This document shows, piece by piece, positions 30,651 to 39,967 of a stretch of DNA of 64,000 nucleotides. The DNA comes from a virus. The notes under the pieces were generated by a model. It was not told where the DNA came from and did no database searches. It saw nothing but the letters and a program-made list of their open reading frames with translations. Where the stretch lies: the IMG/VR virus record IMGVR_UViG_3300011116_000834, positions 32,001-96,000 of that record. The stretch is one strand, 5' to 3'. A program made the position numbers and the translations under genes. Position 1 is the stretch's first letter. The number at the start of each line of letters is the position of its first letter.

Positions 30651-31399
30651 TGTTTAGCGTTAATCAATCATACTATAATGAATCAATACGAAAAATAGTA
30701 ATTGCATTTGGATCGTTATTTGAATCAATATATGTGACTCGTCTAGACGAAAATGGAAATGAAAAAGAAAAACTTAGAGTTCCAATTGCATATGGAAGCA
30801 AGGAAAAATATATCTGGAGACTTTCTCAGGAAAGCAGTCTATCCAAGAATACTAAAGTTCAAATCACCTTACCAAAAATTGGATTTGAGATAACCACAAT
30901 GCTATACGATCCAAGTCGTAAGCTAAACAGAACATTGCAGAGAAGCGAACTAGTAAATGGAACTGTTAAAAAAGCATATTCTGAAGTTCCATATGTGATA
31001 AATTTTTCCATGTATTGTTTCACTAGAACCATGGATGACATGTTGCAAATAATTGAACAAATAGTTCCTTATTTTGCTCCAGATTACACTGTCACAATTA
31101 AAATGAATGATTTAAATCCTACTGTCGATATACCATTTGTATTGAATACAGTTTCTCTTAATGAGAACTATGAAGGAACATTCGACACTCGAAGAGCATT
31201 AATCAGTACTTTTGATTTTAGCGTCAAGACTTACATCTATCCAAATATTTGTGGTTCTGCTGGAAATATAATCGAAAGAACTGATCTAAATTTTTATGAT
31301 GATCTTGGTGCTACTGCGGCAAATTATGTTGGAGATGTAGGATACACTGGTGATGTATACACTGGTTCTATAACTGAAGTGAATGGAAATTGGCCATGA
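30650..31399 (+). CDS. gp15: Tail sheath stabilizer/terminator gp15
   Basis: 'YNESIRK....FG.LF', 'VPIAYG.KEK', 'LPKIGFE', 'YD..RKLN', 'QIIEQI.PYF.P'. Confidence 0.95.
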   Translation: MFSVNQSYYNESIRKIVIAFGSLFESIYVTRLDENGNEKEKLRVPIAYGSKEKYIWRLSQESSLSKNTKVQITLPKIGFEITTMLYDPSRKLNRTLQRSELVNGTVKKAYSEVPYVINFSMYCFTRTMDDMLQIIEQIVPYFAPDYTVTIKMNDLNPTVDIPFVLNTVSLNENYEGTFDTRRALISTFDFSVKTYIYPNICGSAGNIIERTDLNFYDDLGATAANYVGDVGYTGDVYTGSITEVNGNWP

Positions 31400-31878
31400 A
31401 TACACATAAAACTGCGGAAGAAAAATTATCTGAAGTTCTTGATATTGAATTATCAAAGACACCAGATTCTCCTCCAGAACTAAAACAAGTTGATTCCTTT
31501 ATCAAGGAAGTCAAGATTAAAAGAAAAGCACAAGTAAAGCAGGATTTTGATTCTGCAAGAAAGAACATGAAAGAATTGATTAATATTGGGTTTGAAGCAA
31601 TCGATGGAATCATGAGGGTTGCGGAGGCAGGAGATTCTCCCAGAGCATATGAAGTTGCTTCTGTGCTTATAAAGACCGTTAGTGAAATAAATACAGATAT
31701 GATGACAATGCATAAGACGAATGCAGAAGCACTTGGGGTGAACAAGGTCATCAAGAGCAATACTACAAATAATTCTATTTTTGTTGGTTCTACTCGGGAT
31801 TTGCAAAATATTATAAATCAATCCAGAAGTCAATTGAAAGTTATTAAGAATGATGATGTGACCAATGACGAAAGCTAA
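31396..31878 (+). CDS. gp16: Terminase small subunit gp16
   Basis: 'DF..AR.N', 'SPRAYEVA..LIK', 'NNSIFVGST.DLQ'; ATGA overlap with the gp15 stop. Confidence 0.92.
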   Translation: MNTHKTAEEKLSEVLDIELSKTPDSPPELKQVDSFIKEVKIKRKAQVKQDFDSARKNMKELINIGFEAIDGIMRVAEAGDSPRAYEVASVLIKTVSEINTDMMTMHKTNAEALGVNKVIKSNTTNNSIFVGSTRDLQNIINQSRSQLKVIKNDDVTNDES

Positions 31879-33610
31879 AGACGGATATTTAGGCAATCCA
31901 AATCTTAAACCTGTTGGTGTACAGCAACAATTTACACCACATCAGGTTGAGGAATATATAAAATGTTCCAATGATCCAGGATATTTTGTAAAAAACTATG
32001 TCAAGATCGTTGCTGTTGATAAAGGTCTTGTTCCATTTGAGATGTACGATTATCAAGAAGAGTTAATCGATACTCTTCATAATAATAGATTCGTAATTGG
32101 AAAACTTCCAAGACAGACTGGAAAGACCACTACAGTAGGTTCATATCTACTACATTATGTTTTATTCAATCAAAATGTAAATATTGCCATTCTTGCAAAT
32201 AAACAGACAACAGCAATAGAAATCTTGAGTAGAATCAAGATGGCATATGAATATCTTCCAAAATGGTTACAGCAGGGGGTTATTGAATGGAATAAGGGTT
32301 CAATTGTTCTGGAAAATGGATCCCGTATCATTGCATCGGCAACATCATCGTCTGCTATCCGTGGTGGATCATTTAATTGCATTTTGCTGGACGAGTTTGC
32401 TCACATTCCAACGCAGATTGCTGAAGAGTTCTTTACTTCAGTATATCCAACCATTACTTCTGGTCAATCTACCAAGATGTTCATCATATCAACTCCTAAT
32501 GGATTGAATATGTTTTATTATTATTGGAAGGGTGCGATCAATAAGCAAAATGGTTATGTTCCATTTGAAGTCCATTGGAGTCAGGTTCCCAAATATCCAG
32601 GTGGACCACTTCGTGATGAAAAATGGAAACAGGATATGATCAGTAAGACTTCTGAAAAGCAATTCGAGCAGGAGTTCGAATGCGACTTCTTGGGAAGTTC
32701 CAATACATTAATATCCTCTGCCAGACTTCATACTTTAGTATATTCTAAACCCATATTAAGAACCAAGGATGGAATGAATATCTATCAGGAACCCATTCGA
32801 AAGGATTTGGATATTCCAAAATCTCAGGATCATTTATATTTCATTACCGCAGATGTTGCTGAAGGGCAAGGTAAAGACTATACCGCTGCGGTAGTACTAG
32901 ATGTAACTGAATTTCCCTATAAGGTCGTAGCGACATATAGAAATAATACGGTATCACCTTTGTTATTTGCTTCGGTTCTAAAAACCATTGCTAGAAAATA
33001 TAATAATGCTCATGTTCTCATAGAAGTTAATAGTATTGGTATAGAAGTAGCGAATGTTCTTCATACAGATCTAGAATATGAAAATATAGTTAAGACTGCT
33101 ATGATGGGCAGAAAAGGTCAAATCATTACAGAAGGTTATGGACCTGTTAAGAAAATTCAAATGGGCGTAAAAACTTCGGTATTGACTAAAAAAGTCGGAT
33201 GTCAGGTTTTAAAAAACTTAATTGAAGAAGATAAACTTATCGTCGAAGATGCCGACATTATTTCCGAATTTACGACATTTATATCAAAAAAGCAAAGTTT
33301 TGAAGCAGAAGATGGACACAATGATGACTTGGTCATGTGTCTTGTATTATTTGCATGGGCAACCAGACAACAATATTTTAAAAATCTAACCGATATGGAT
33401 GTTCGTCTGGCAATGTATCAGAAGGATATTGAGGAAATTGAAGATCAAATGTTGCCTTTTGGTTACTATTCCGATGGGGTATCTGATGCTGAAGAAGCAG
33501 AAGAAGATATGAAATGGTCTTCTGGAAATGATCATTGGTTGATATTTGATCGTAAAGATGTCAAGACTCCTTGGGACGACCTTATGCCCAAAAAGAATAG
33601 ACGGTCATGA
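31865..33610 (+). CDS. gp17: Terminase large subunit gp17
   Basis: 'YLGNPNLK', Walker A 'PRQTGKTT', Walker B 'LLDEFA', 'STPNG.N', nuclease 'DVAEG.G.DY' and 'HNDDLVM'. Confidence 0.97.
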   Translation: MTKAKDGYLGNPNLKPVGVQQQFTPHQVEEYIKCSNDPGYFVKNYVKIVAVDKGLVPFEMYDYQEELIDTLHNNRFVIGKLPRQTGKTTTVGSYLLHYVLFNQNVNIAILANKQTTAIEILSRIKMAYEYLPKWLQQGVIEWNKGSIVLENGSRIIASATSSSAIRGGSFNCILLDEFAHIPTQIAEEFFTSVYPTITSGQSTKMFIISTPNGLNMFYYYWKGAINKQNGYVPFEVHWSQVPKYPGGPLRDEKWKQDMISKTSEKQFEQEFECDFLGSSNTLISSARLHTLVYSKPILRTKDGMNIYQEPIRKDLDIPKSQDHLYFITADVAEGQGKDYTAAVVLDVTEFPYKVVATYRNNTVSPLLFASVLKTIARKYNNAHVLIEVNSIGIEVANVLHTDLEYENIVKTAMMGRKGQIITEGYGPVKKIQMGVKTSVLTKKVGCQVLKNLIEEDKLIVEDADIISEFTTFISKKQSFEAEDGHNDDLVMCLVLFAWATRQQYFKNLTDMDVRLAMYQKDIEEIEDQMLPFGYYSDGVSDAEEAEEDMKWSSGNDHWLIFDRKDVKTPWDDLMPKKNRRS

Positions 33611-33637
33611 TAATATTAAGATATCAAAAAAACTACA

Positions 33638-33645
33638 TATAAATA
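33638..33645 (+). promoter_or_regulatory. T4 late promoter before gp18
   Basis: Exact TATAAATA in the intergenic gap, followed by SD aaggagag. Confidence 0.85.
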
Positions 33646-33669
33646 GCAATTTTATTCAAGGAGAGAAAA

Positions 33670-34914
33670 ATGGCTAGACCAAATGTAACTTTTACCCTTA
33701 TCGATGAGTCTTTGGTGGTTCCAGTTACCGAAGAATTTTCATCAACTATTGGTGCTGTATATAATCCTACAAATTTTTTAAAGGTTTTAGGTACAACATC
33801 AGAAAAATCAGATGGATATTTTTATGTAAATAATTCGTCAGAATGGTACGCTCGTCTAAACGACTATGTTACCGCTCTTGCTGGTGGTGTAGATGCCATT
33901 GCTGGCATTACTGCATATAGTGTTGGATCGTGTGCAGGAACCTATTTGAATGGTCTGTACAGCGGATCAGGCATTTCTCACGGATTCTCTGGTGAATGGT
34001 GGCCAATTAATAATTTCCTCCAATATGGAGGAGGATGTTATGTTGGATTCGGGTCATCATCGACTCCATCAAGTGGATTTATTAATCTGGGATATGATGT
34101 CATTTTTCAAGGTGGAGCACCTGGAATCACTGGATATGGTGATGGTAGCGGATATGCTACTCCAGTTGTAACTGTTGTAGAAGCAAGAGCATCGGGAAAT
34201 GAACCAGTCATTGGCATTGTCAATGTTAAATCCATCACTGCTACTCTAGACAATTCTCTCACTGGTGTAACCTTACCCTCTGGAACTAACAGTTACAATT
34301 ATGTAAGAGTATTTGGTGAAAAGATTCATCTTGATACTACAGGAATCTATTCTGTTCAGACTCCACTTGCAGCAGATATTGCAGGATGCATTGTTCGCAC
34401 CGATAGAGATTTTTATCCTTGGTTCTCTCCTGCTGGATCTCGTAGAGGAAGAATTCTCAATGTTCTTCGTCTAAACAGAACCCTCACCAATACTGAACAA
34501 GATAATCTTTATGCAAATGCTGTCAATCCAGTAGTCACCTTTGCTGGAGATGGAACTCTTCTTTATGGAGATAAGACAGGCGGAACAAGTACCTCAACCT
34601 TGTCTAGAATCAATGTTTCTAGACTTTTCATGTATATCAAAAAGGCACTTGCTCCTGTTGCTCGTTCGATTCTTTTTGAACAAAACGATGCAAATACTCG
34701 TTCAAGATTTAAGATCGCAGCAGAAGGATTCCTTGATCGAATTGTTGGTCAAAGAGGTATAACTGAATACAAGGTAATATGTGATGAAAGTAACAATACT
34801 GCTGAAATAATTGAAGCAAATTACTTTGTTGCTGATATTTTAATTAAACCAATTACATCCATCAATTATGTCAAGATTACATTGACTAACAAAGATTTAT
34901 CGGCAACTCTTTGA
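33670..34914 (+). CDS. gp18: Tail sheath protein gp18 (short form, 414 aa)
   Basis: 'PWFSPAG..RG', 'LY...VNPV', 'LYGDKT', 'RINV.RLF', 'LFEQND..TR', 'CDESNNT', 'IKP..SINY'. Confidence 0.93.
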   Translation: MARPNVTFTLIDESLVVPVTEEFSSTIGAVYNPTNFLKVLGTTSEKSDGYFYVNNSSEWYARLNDYVTALAGGVDAIAGITAYSVGSCAGTYLNGLYSGSGISHGFSGEWWPINNFLQYGGGCYVGFGSSSTPSSGFINLGYDVIFQGGAPGITGYGDGSGYATPVVTVVEARASGNEPVIGIVNVKSITATLDNSLTGVTLPSGTNSYNYVRVFGEKIHLDTTGIYSVQTPLAADIAGCIVRTDRDFYPWFSPAGSRRGRILNVLRLNRTLTNTEQDNLYANAVNPVVTFAGDGTLLYGDKTGGTSTSTLSRINVSRLFMYIKKALAPVARSILFEQNDANTRSRFKIAAEGFLDRIVGQRGITEYKVICDESNNTAEIIEANYFVADILIKPITSINYVKITLTNKDLSATL

Positions 34915-34920
34915 TAAATA
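34913..34920 (+). promoter_or_regulatory. Late promoter variant (gATAAATA) before gp19
   Basis: One mismatch to TATAAATA, upstream of SD gagg. Confidence 0.55.
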
Positions 34921-34937
34921 AAGGAAGAGGTTATTAA

Positions 34938-35486
34938 ATGGCAACATTAAACGAATTTAGAAATAATTTTTTTGGAGTAAGACCCAATCGATTCATGGTC
35001 GAAACACGCTGGCCATCGACGGTTACTTCTCCAGATTTAAGTGACCTCAACATTTATGTCAAGGCAGCAGATCTTCCAGGTTCAACAATTGGTACAATTC
35101 CAATTGCATGGCAAGGAAGAGTAGTTAAGTTTTCTGGTGAACGAGTTTACGCGGATTGGGTCATTTCAGTATATGATTCCAGTATTCCTGCAAAGGATCT
35201 TCGTAATGGATTTGAGCGTTGGATGGAAGCAATGGATGGTAGAGATACCCATGCAATTAATTATAATCTGACCGCCGACTGGGTTGTTAGATATAGTGAT
35301 GTCTCTCCAGGCACTTCAACTACCCCAACACCAACTCAAAATCCAAATAATTTCAACAAATCAGTTAAACTTAAAAACTGTTTTCCAGTAGACATTGGCG
35401 CAATTACTTTAAATTATGATCTTTCGGATTCTTTTACCGAATTTACCGTGCAAATTGCTTACGATTACTGGGAACCATACAACTAA
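34938..35486 (+). CDS. gp19: Tail tube protein gp19
   Basis: 'RPNRF.V', 'KAA.LPGSTIG.I', 'GR.VK..GER.Y.DW', 'FP..IG.I.L.YD', 'EFTV...YDYW'. Confidence 0.95.
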   Translation: MATLNEFRNNFFGVRPNRFMVETRWPSTVTSPDLSDLNIYVKAADLPGSTIGTIPIAWQGRVVKFSGERVYADWVISVYDSSIPAKDLRNGFERWMEAMDGRDTHAINYNLTADWVVRYSDVSPGTSTTPTPTQNPNNFNKSVKLKNCFPVDIGAITLNYDLSDSFTEFTVQIAYDYWEPYN

Positions 35487-35501
35487 GGATTGAAATAACA
35501 C

Positions 35502-37064
35502 ATGGCATTTGAACTTTTTGGTTTTTCTTTAGGTAAGAAATCTGAATTTCGTGATTATGGTCTCACGGGCGATACACTAAAAACAGCATCATTCGTAGCA
35601 CCAGAAAATTATGATGGAACTCAGGTCATTGAAACGGGAGGCTTTATGTCTTCCGTTTATGACTTTGGCGGTTCTTTCATGGATGAAAATTCCCTAATCA
35701 GGCAATATAGAAGCATGTCTCTTTATCCTGAAGTTGATATGGCAATTGAAGATATTGTCACTCAAGCAATAGTTTATGATACTCAAAATGTTTCCATTAG
35801 ACTAGCATTAGATACTGTCGATTTATCGGATAATATTAAATCTAAACTTCAAAATGAATTTGACAACATATTAAGAATGATGGACTTTTCAAATAAGGGA
35901 CATGATATATTTCGCAGATGGTATGTCGATGGTCGAATATATTTTCAAAATATAATCGATGTTGAACATCCAGAAAAAGGAATATCTGAACTTAGATCAA
36001 TTGATCCAATCAAGATTCGAAAAATTAGAAAAGTTCAAAAAGAAGTAAAGAGAATCAATAATACGACTGTACCTGTTGTAAAAAAGGTAGAGGAATATTA
36101 TGTCTATAGTGATTATGAAGTCAGTAATGTATCTTCTACAACTAGTGCGGCAGGAGTAAAGATTGCTCCAGATTCAATAACATATTGCCATTCTGGATAT
36201 GTTGATCATACCTCAAAAAGGGTTGTAGGACATCTCCATAAGGCAATCAGACCATTGAACATGCTTCGTCAAACCGAAGATGCAATGGTTGTATATCGTA
36301 TTGCCCGTGCTCCAGAACGAAGAGTATTCTATATCGATGTTGGAAATCTTCCAAAAAATAAAGCGGAAGAATATATGAAAACCCTGATGAATCGATATAG
36401 AAATAAATTGACATATGATTCATCCACTGGAGATATAAAAGATCAAAGAAATCATATGTCCATGTTGGAAGATTATTGGCTTCCAAGACGAGAGGGTGGC
36501 AAGGGAACTGAAATTCAGACTCTTCCTGGTGGTCAAAGTCTGGGTGAAATGGAAGATGTTGAATATCTGCTTCGAAAGGTATATCGTGCTCTGAATGTTC
36601 CTTTAACTCGAATGGAAGTTCAGACTGGATTTAATCTCGGTCGAAGCACTGAAATAACCAGAGATGAAGTCAAGTTCTATAAATTCATAGAAAGACTTCA
36701 GAAGAAATTTTCCTATATCTTTATCGATACTTTAAAGAAACAAGCAATTCTTAGAGGTATCTTGACAGAGGAGGATTGGACTAGAATATATCAGGATATC
36801 AATATTGTATTCAGCAAAGATTCATATTTCAATGAATTGAAGGAAAATGAAATTCTCAGAGAACGAGTAGACATGTTGAATACTCTAGGAAATTATAATG
36901 GTCTATTCTTTTCTACGAATTATATTCGCAAGAATATCCTCAAGCAAAATGATGAAGAAATTGCAAAGATGAATTTGGAAATGGAACAAGACAAGCAAAA
37001 ACAAATTCAACAGCAACTTCAAATGCAGCAATTAGGACTTTTAGATCAAGAAAATCAGCAATAA
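35502..37064 (+). CDS. gp20: Portal protein gp20
   Basis: 'ELFGF', 'FRRWYVDGR', 'YRIARAPERRVFYIDVGNLPK.KAE', 'MLEDYWLPRREGGKGTEI.TLPGG', 'ITRDEVKF'. Confidence 0.97.
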   Translation: MAFELFGFSLGKKSEFRDYGLTGDTLKTASFVAPENYDGTQVIETGGFMSSVYDFGGSFMDENSLIRQYRSMSLYPEVDMAIEDIVTQAIVYDTQNVSIRLALDTVDLSDNIKSKLQNEFDNILRMMDFSNKGHDIFRRWYVDGRIYFQNIIDVEHPEKGISELRSIDPIKIRKIRKVQKEVKRINNTTVPVVKKVEEYYVYSDYEVSNVSSTTSAAGVKIAPDSITYCHSGYVDHTSKRVVGHLHKAIRPLNMLRQTEDAMVVYRIARAPERRVFYIDVGNLPKNKAEEYMKTLMNRYRNKLTYDSSTGDIKDQRNHMSMLEDYWLPRREGGKGTEIQTLPGGQSLGEMEDVEYLLRKVYRALNVPLTRMEVQTGFNLGRSTEITRDEVKFYKFIERLQKKFSYIFIDTLKKQAILRGILTEEDWTRIYQDINIVFSKDSYFNELKENEILRERVDMLNTLGNYNGLFFSTNYIRKNILKQNDEEIAKMNLEMEQDKQKQIQQQLQMQQLGLLDQENQQ

Positions 37065-37087
37065 TATATAATAAATAGGAGACCGAT

Positions 37088-37636
37088 ATGTCTAGTTCAA
37101 AACAAATTGTTAACGCACTTCTCAAAGAAGATCTTATCGAAGCAAAGAAACTCATTAATCATTCTCTTTTGGAGAAACTTGGAAATGCTCTTGAGGATAA
37201 ATTAGTCGAATTTGCTCCAACAATCTTTGAAGGTTCAAAGAAAACAGGACCAAATAACAAGGGTCATCTTGTTACCAACCAATCATCTGCTGGTGGTTCC
37301 AAGGCAAAAACCAAAAAACCAAATAAAATGAAGACCGAAAGTGTCATCGACAATGATGATCTGGAAGAATTAGTTGAAGATTTCGAAAATGAAATCATGA
37401 CTATTATTTCTGATATTCAAGAAGAACTAGGAGAGAATCTCACCGAAGAGGAAATCATGGAGATCTCAGAAGAATATCTTGATGTTCTTCTTGGAGAATC
37501 TAAATCCAAAAAGCATAAACCAGATGCAGATGGTGATGGTGTTCCAGACTGGGCAGATAAACACCCAGGAGAAGATGATGAGGAAGAGGAAAAAGAATCT
37601 CCAAGTAAAGAGAAAAAAGAACATCGTAGAAAATAA
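37088..37636 (+). CDS. Prohead core protein (gp67/gp68-like position) with an acidic tail and a DxDxDG motif
   Basis: Between gp20 and gp21; helical N-terminus 'IVNALLKEDLIEAK'; very acidic; 'DADGDGVPDWADKHP'. Confidence 0.55.
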   Translation: MSSSKQIVNALLKEDLIEAKKLINHSLLEKLGNALEDKLVEFAPTIFEGSKKTGPNNKGHLVTNQSSAGGSKAKTKKPNKMKTESVIDNDDLEELVEDFENEIMTIISDIQEELGENLTEEEIMEISEEYLDVLLGESKSKKHKPDADGDGVPDWADKHPGEDDEEEEKESPSKEKKEHRRK

Positions 37637-37656
37637 ACAATAAAATAGAGAATCCC

Positions 37657-38301
37657 ATGAAATTAATCACAGAAACAACAGAAGATATTAAACCCATAAT
37701 CGAATCAGCAGAAGGTGGGGCAAAAACCTATTATCTCACTGGTGTGATGATGGAATCGAATGTGGTGAATCGCAATCAGCGCATGTATACTGAAAGTGTT
37801 CTTAAGAAGGAGACTACCAGATACATTAAAGAATATGTTAATAAAAATAGAGCACTTGGAGAACTAAACCATCCAGATGGTCCAACTGTGAATCTTGACA
37901 GAGTTTCACATATGGTTAGTAATCTAAAAGAATCTGGAAATCAAATCATCGGTAAGATGAAAATTCTTGATACCCCAATGGGTAAGATTGTAAAATCATT
38001 GATCGATGAAGGAGCACAACTTGGTGTTTCTTCCCGTGGAATGGGTTCCCTTAAGAAAATTAATGGAGTCAACCATGTTCAGGAAGATTTTACTCTTTCT
38101 GCAATCGACATTGTTGCAGATCCATCTGCTCCCAATGCCTTTGTAAATGGCATTCTTGAAGGTAAGGAATGGATTTGGGACAATGGACTTCTTGTCGAAC
38201 AAGAGATTTCTGCCTATGAAAGGCAATTAAAAAATACTCCAGTTCGTAAATTAGAAGAAAATGCAATTAAATTATTTTCAGACTTTTTAAGAAAATTATG
38301 A
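37657..38301 (+). CDS. gp21: Prohead protease gp21
   Basis: 'MKLITE', 'NRN.R.Y', 'ALGELNHP', 'LGVSSRGMGSL', 'DIVADPSAP.AFV.GI.E..EW'. Confidence 0.96.
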   Translation: MKLITETTEDIKPIIESAEGGAKTYYLTGVMMESNVVNRNQRMYTESVLKKETTRYIKEYVNKNRALGELNHPDGPTVNLDRVSHMVSNLKESGNQIIGKMKILDTPMGKIVKSLIDEGAQLGVSSRGMGSLKKINGVNHVQEDFTLSAIDIVADPSAPNAFVNGILEGKEWIWDNGLLVEQEISAYERQLKNTPVRKLEENAIKLFSDFLRKL

Positions 38302-38834
38302 ATAATAATCAGTCCAAGATTTTATCAGAAAAAGCAGAGTTTACTCTGCGATATGCTATTCCTTATATAGCTCAAAATATACATGAAGCAAATAAAATTA
38401 AGAATGCGGTAGCAAAAACCAGTTTATTTGCCAGAGAAATGGGAAATCGGGCATTAGAAGCTGCTCATGATTTAAATATTGCAGCAAAGACTGAAAGTGC
38501 CGCAGAAGTGGCAAGAATTAGAGATACCTTATTGACTGCTCATTATTCCCATGCGTTAGGTATGAAGGCATCTCATATTAATAATATTTTAAATCATCTT
38601 CCACCTAATGATCCTCAAAGACAAGCATTAGAAGCACAAATTCATACAATTGGAAGAACAAATCCATCTATTGGATCCCTTCAGCGAGCAGCAGATACAA
38701 CTCATAAAAACTTAACAGGATCTATGGTACAGTCCTTTCAAACTTTGGTAGGTCCAAATTCACCTGCTAGAAGAGCAGATATTTTACGATATGCTCGAAA
38801 AAATTACCCTAATATCAATAAGGTCATTCCGTAA
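38298..38834 (+). CDS. Hypothetical protein inserted between gp21 and gp22
   Basis: 178-aa ORF coupled to gp21 by an ATGA overlap; no family recognised. Confidence 0.6.
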   Translation: MNNNQSKILSEKAEFTLRYAIPYIAQNIHEANKIKNAVAKTSLFAREMGNRALEAAHDLNIAAKTESAAEVARIRDTLLTAHYSHALGMKASHINNILNHLPPNDPQRQALEAQIHTIGRTNPSIGSLQRAADTTHKNLTGSMVQSFQTLVGPNSPARRADILRYARKNYPNINKVIP

Positions 38835-38884
38835 GTCTAAATATAAAATATTCTAAATAGTTTTTAGAAAAAGTGGAGAAAAAC

Positions 38885-39919
38885 ATGCCAGAATCAAATC
38901 CTTATACAGAATACTCATCGACCGATCTTTATAATGACGGAACTGGAAAAGGCGCAGTAATTGCTCCTCCAATTTCAGATCCAAACACTGCCCTAACTAA
39001 TCAAACGACCCGTGATGCGAGCCCATCTAATGCTGTTGCTAGCAAGGGAAAAAAGAAAAAAGCAGAACCAGCACAAGAAAGCATTGATTATCTTGCAAGT
39101 CTTTTTGACGGTGAGGATCTCAGCGAGGACTTCAAGTTTAAAGCAAAAACTATCTTTGAAGCAGCAATTGCCGAGAAGGTTGAACTTATTGAAGCACATA
39201 TTCTTCAAGCAGCAAAAGAACTAATTGAGGAACAAGTGACCACTAATGGTGAACACATTGTCGAACAAGTTGATACTTATCTTGATTATGTCATCACTGA
39301 ATGGATGCAGGACAATAAAGTTGCTGTTGAACGAGGTCTTCGTACCGAAATTGCAGAAAACTTCATCGGTGGTCTGAAGAATCTTTTTGAATCTTCATTC
39401 ATTGATGTTCCTGAGGAAAAATATGATGTTCTTGATGACATCTTTGAAGCAAATGAAGAACTTCAAGAGAATGTAAATACTCTCATCAAGCAAAATATTG
39501 AACTTAAGAATGAGATCAAGGCACATCTTTGTGCTGAAGCATTCATGGAACAAACCAATGGTCTTGCAGCTACTCAAGTTGAGAAACTTGCCAAGTTGTC
39601 AGAAGGTCTAGAATTTGATTCAGTTGAACAATATGCTCATAAAGTTGCTCTTCTAAGAGAATCTTATTTCAACAGATCAGTTGTTTCTCCAAACACACAA
39701 TCACAGTATAATAATACTCAAGTTTCACTAACTGAAGATCAATCTTCCTCATTCGTTGGTTCCGCTGAAAGCGTTGATCCAATGATGGAAAGCATTGTAA
39801 ATACAATTAGTTTAATGAATAAGAATAACCCAAAAGTTGAAAAAGTTCATTCAACTCCAGCAGCGTCTCGTCTAGCAAGCGTAATTAATCCAGGTATAGT
39901 TCAGGACAACTTTATCTGA
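38885..39919 (+). CDS. gp22: Prohead scaffold/core protein gp22
   Basis: 'LSEDFK.KAKTIFEAA', 'VD.YL.YV..EW...N..A.E.G.R.EIAE.FI.GLK.LF', 'LRESYF'. ATG 38885 has SD ggag; GTG 38873 is an alternative. Confidence 0.93.
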   Translation: MPESNPYTEYSSTDLYNDGTGKGAVIAPPISDPNTALTNQTTRDASPSNAVASKGKKKKAEPAQESIDYLASLFDGEDLSEDFKFKAKTIFEAAIAEKVELIEAHILQAAKELIEEQVTTNGEHIVEQVDTYLDYVITEWMQDNKVAVERGLRTEIAENFIGGLKNLFESSFIDVPEEKYDVLDDIFEANEELQENVNTLIKQNIELKNEIKAHLCAEAFMEQTNGLAATQVEKLAKLSEGLEFDSVEQYAHKVALLRESYFNRSVVSPNTQSQYNNTQVSLTEDQSSSFVGSAESVDPMMESIVNTISLMNKNNPKVEKVHSTPAASRLASVINPGIVQDNFI

Positions 39920-39931
39920 AAATTTTAAAAT

Positions 39932-39939
39932 ACTAAATA
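39932..39939 (+). promoter_or_regulatory. Late promoter variant (acTAAATA) before gp23
   Basis: TAAATA core in the intergenic gap before SD aaggagag; similar cores precede the 37088 ORF (37070-37077), gp22 (38852-38859) and regA (50753-50760). Confidence 0.55.
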
Positions 39940-39967
39940 TAACAGAATCTTAAGGAGAGAAAAATAA

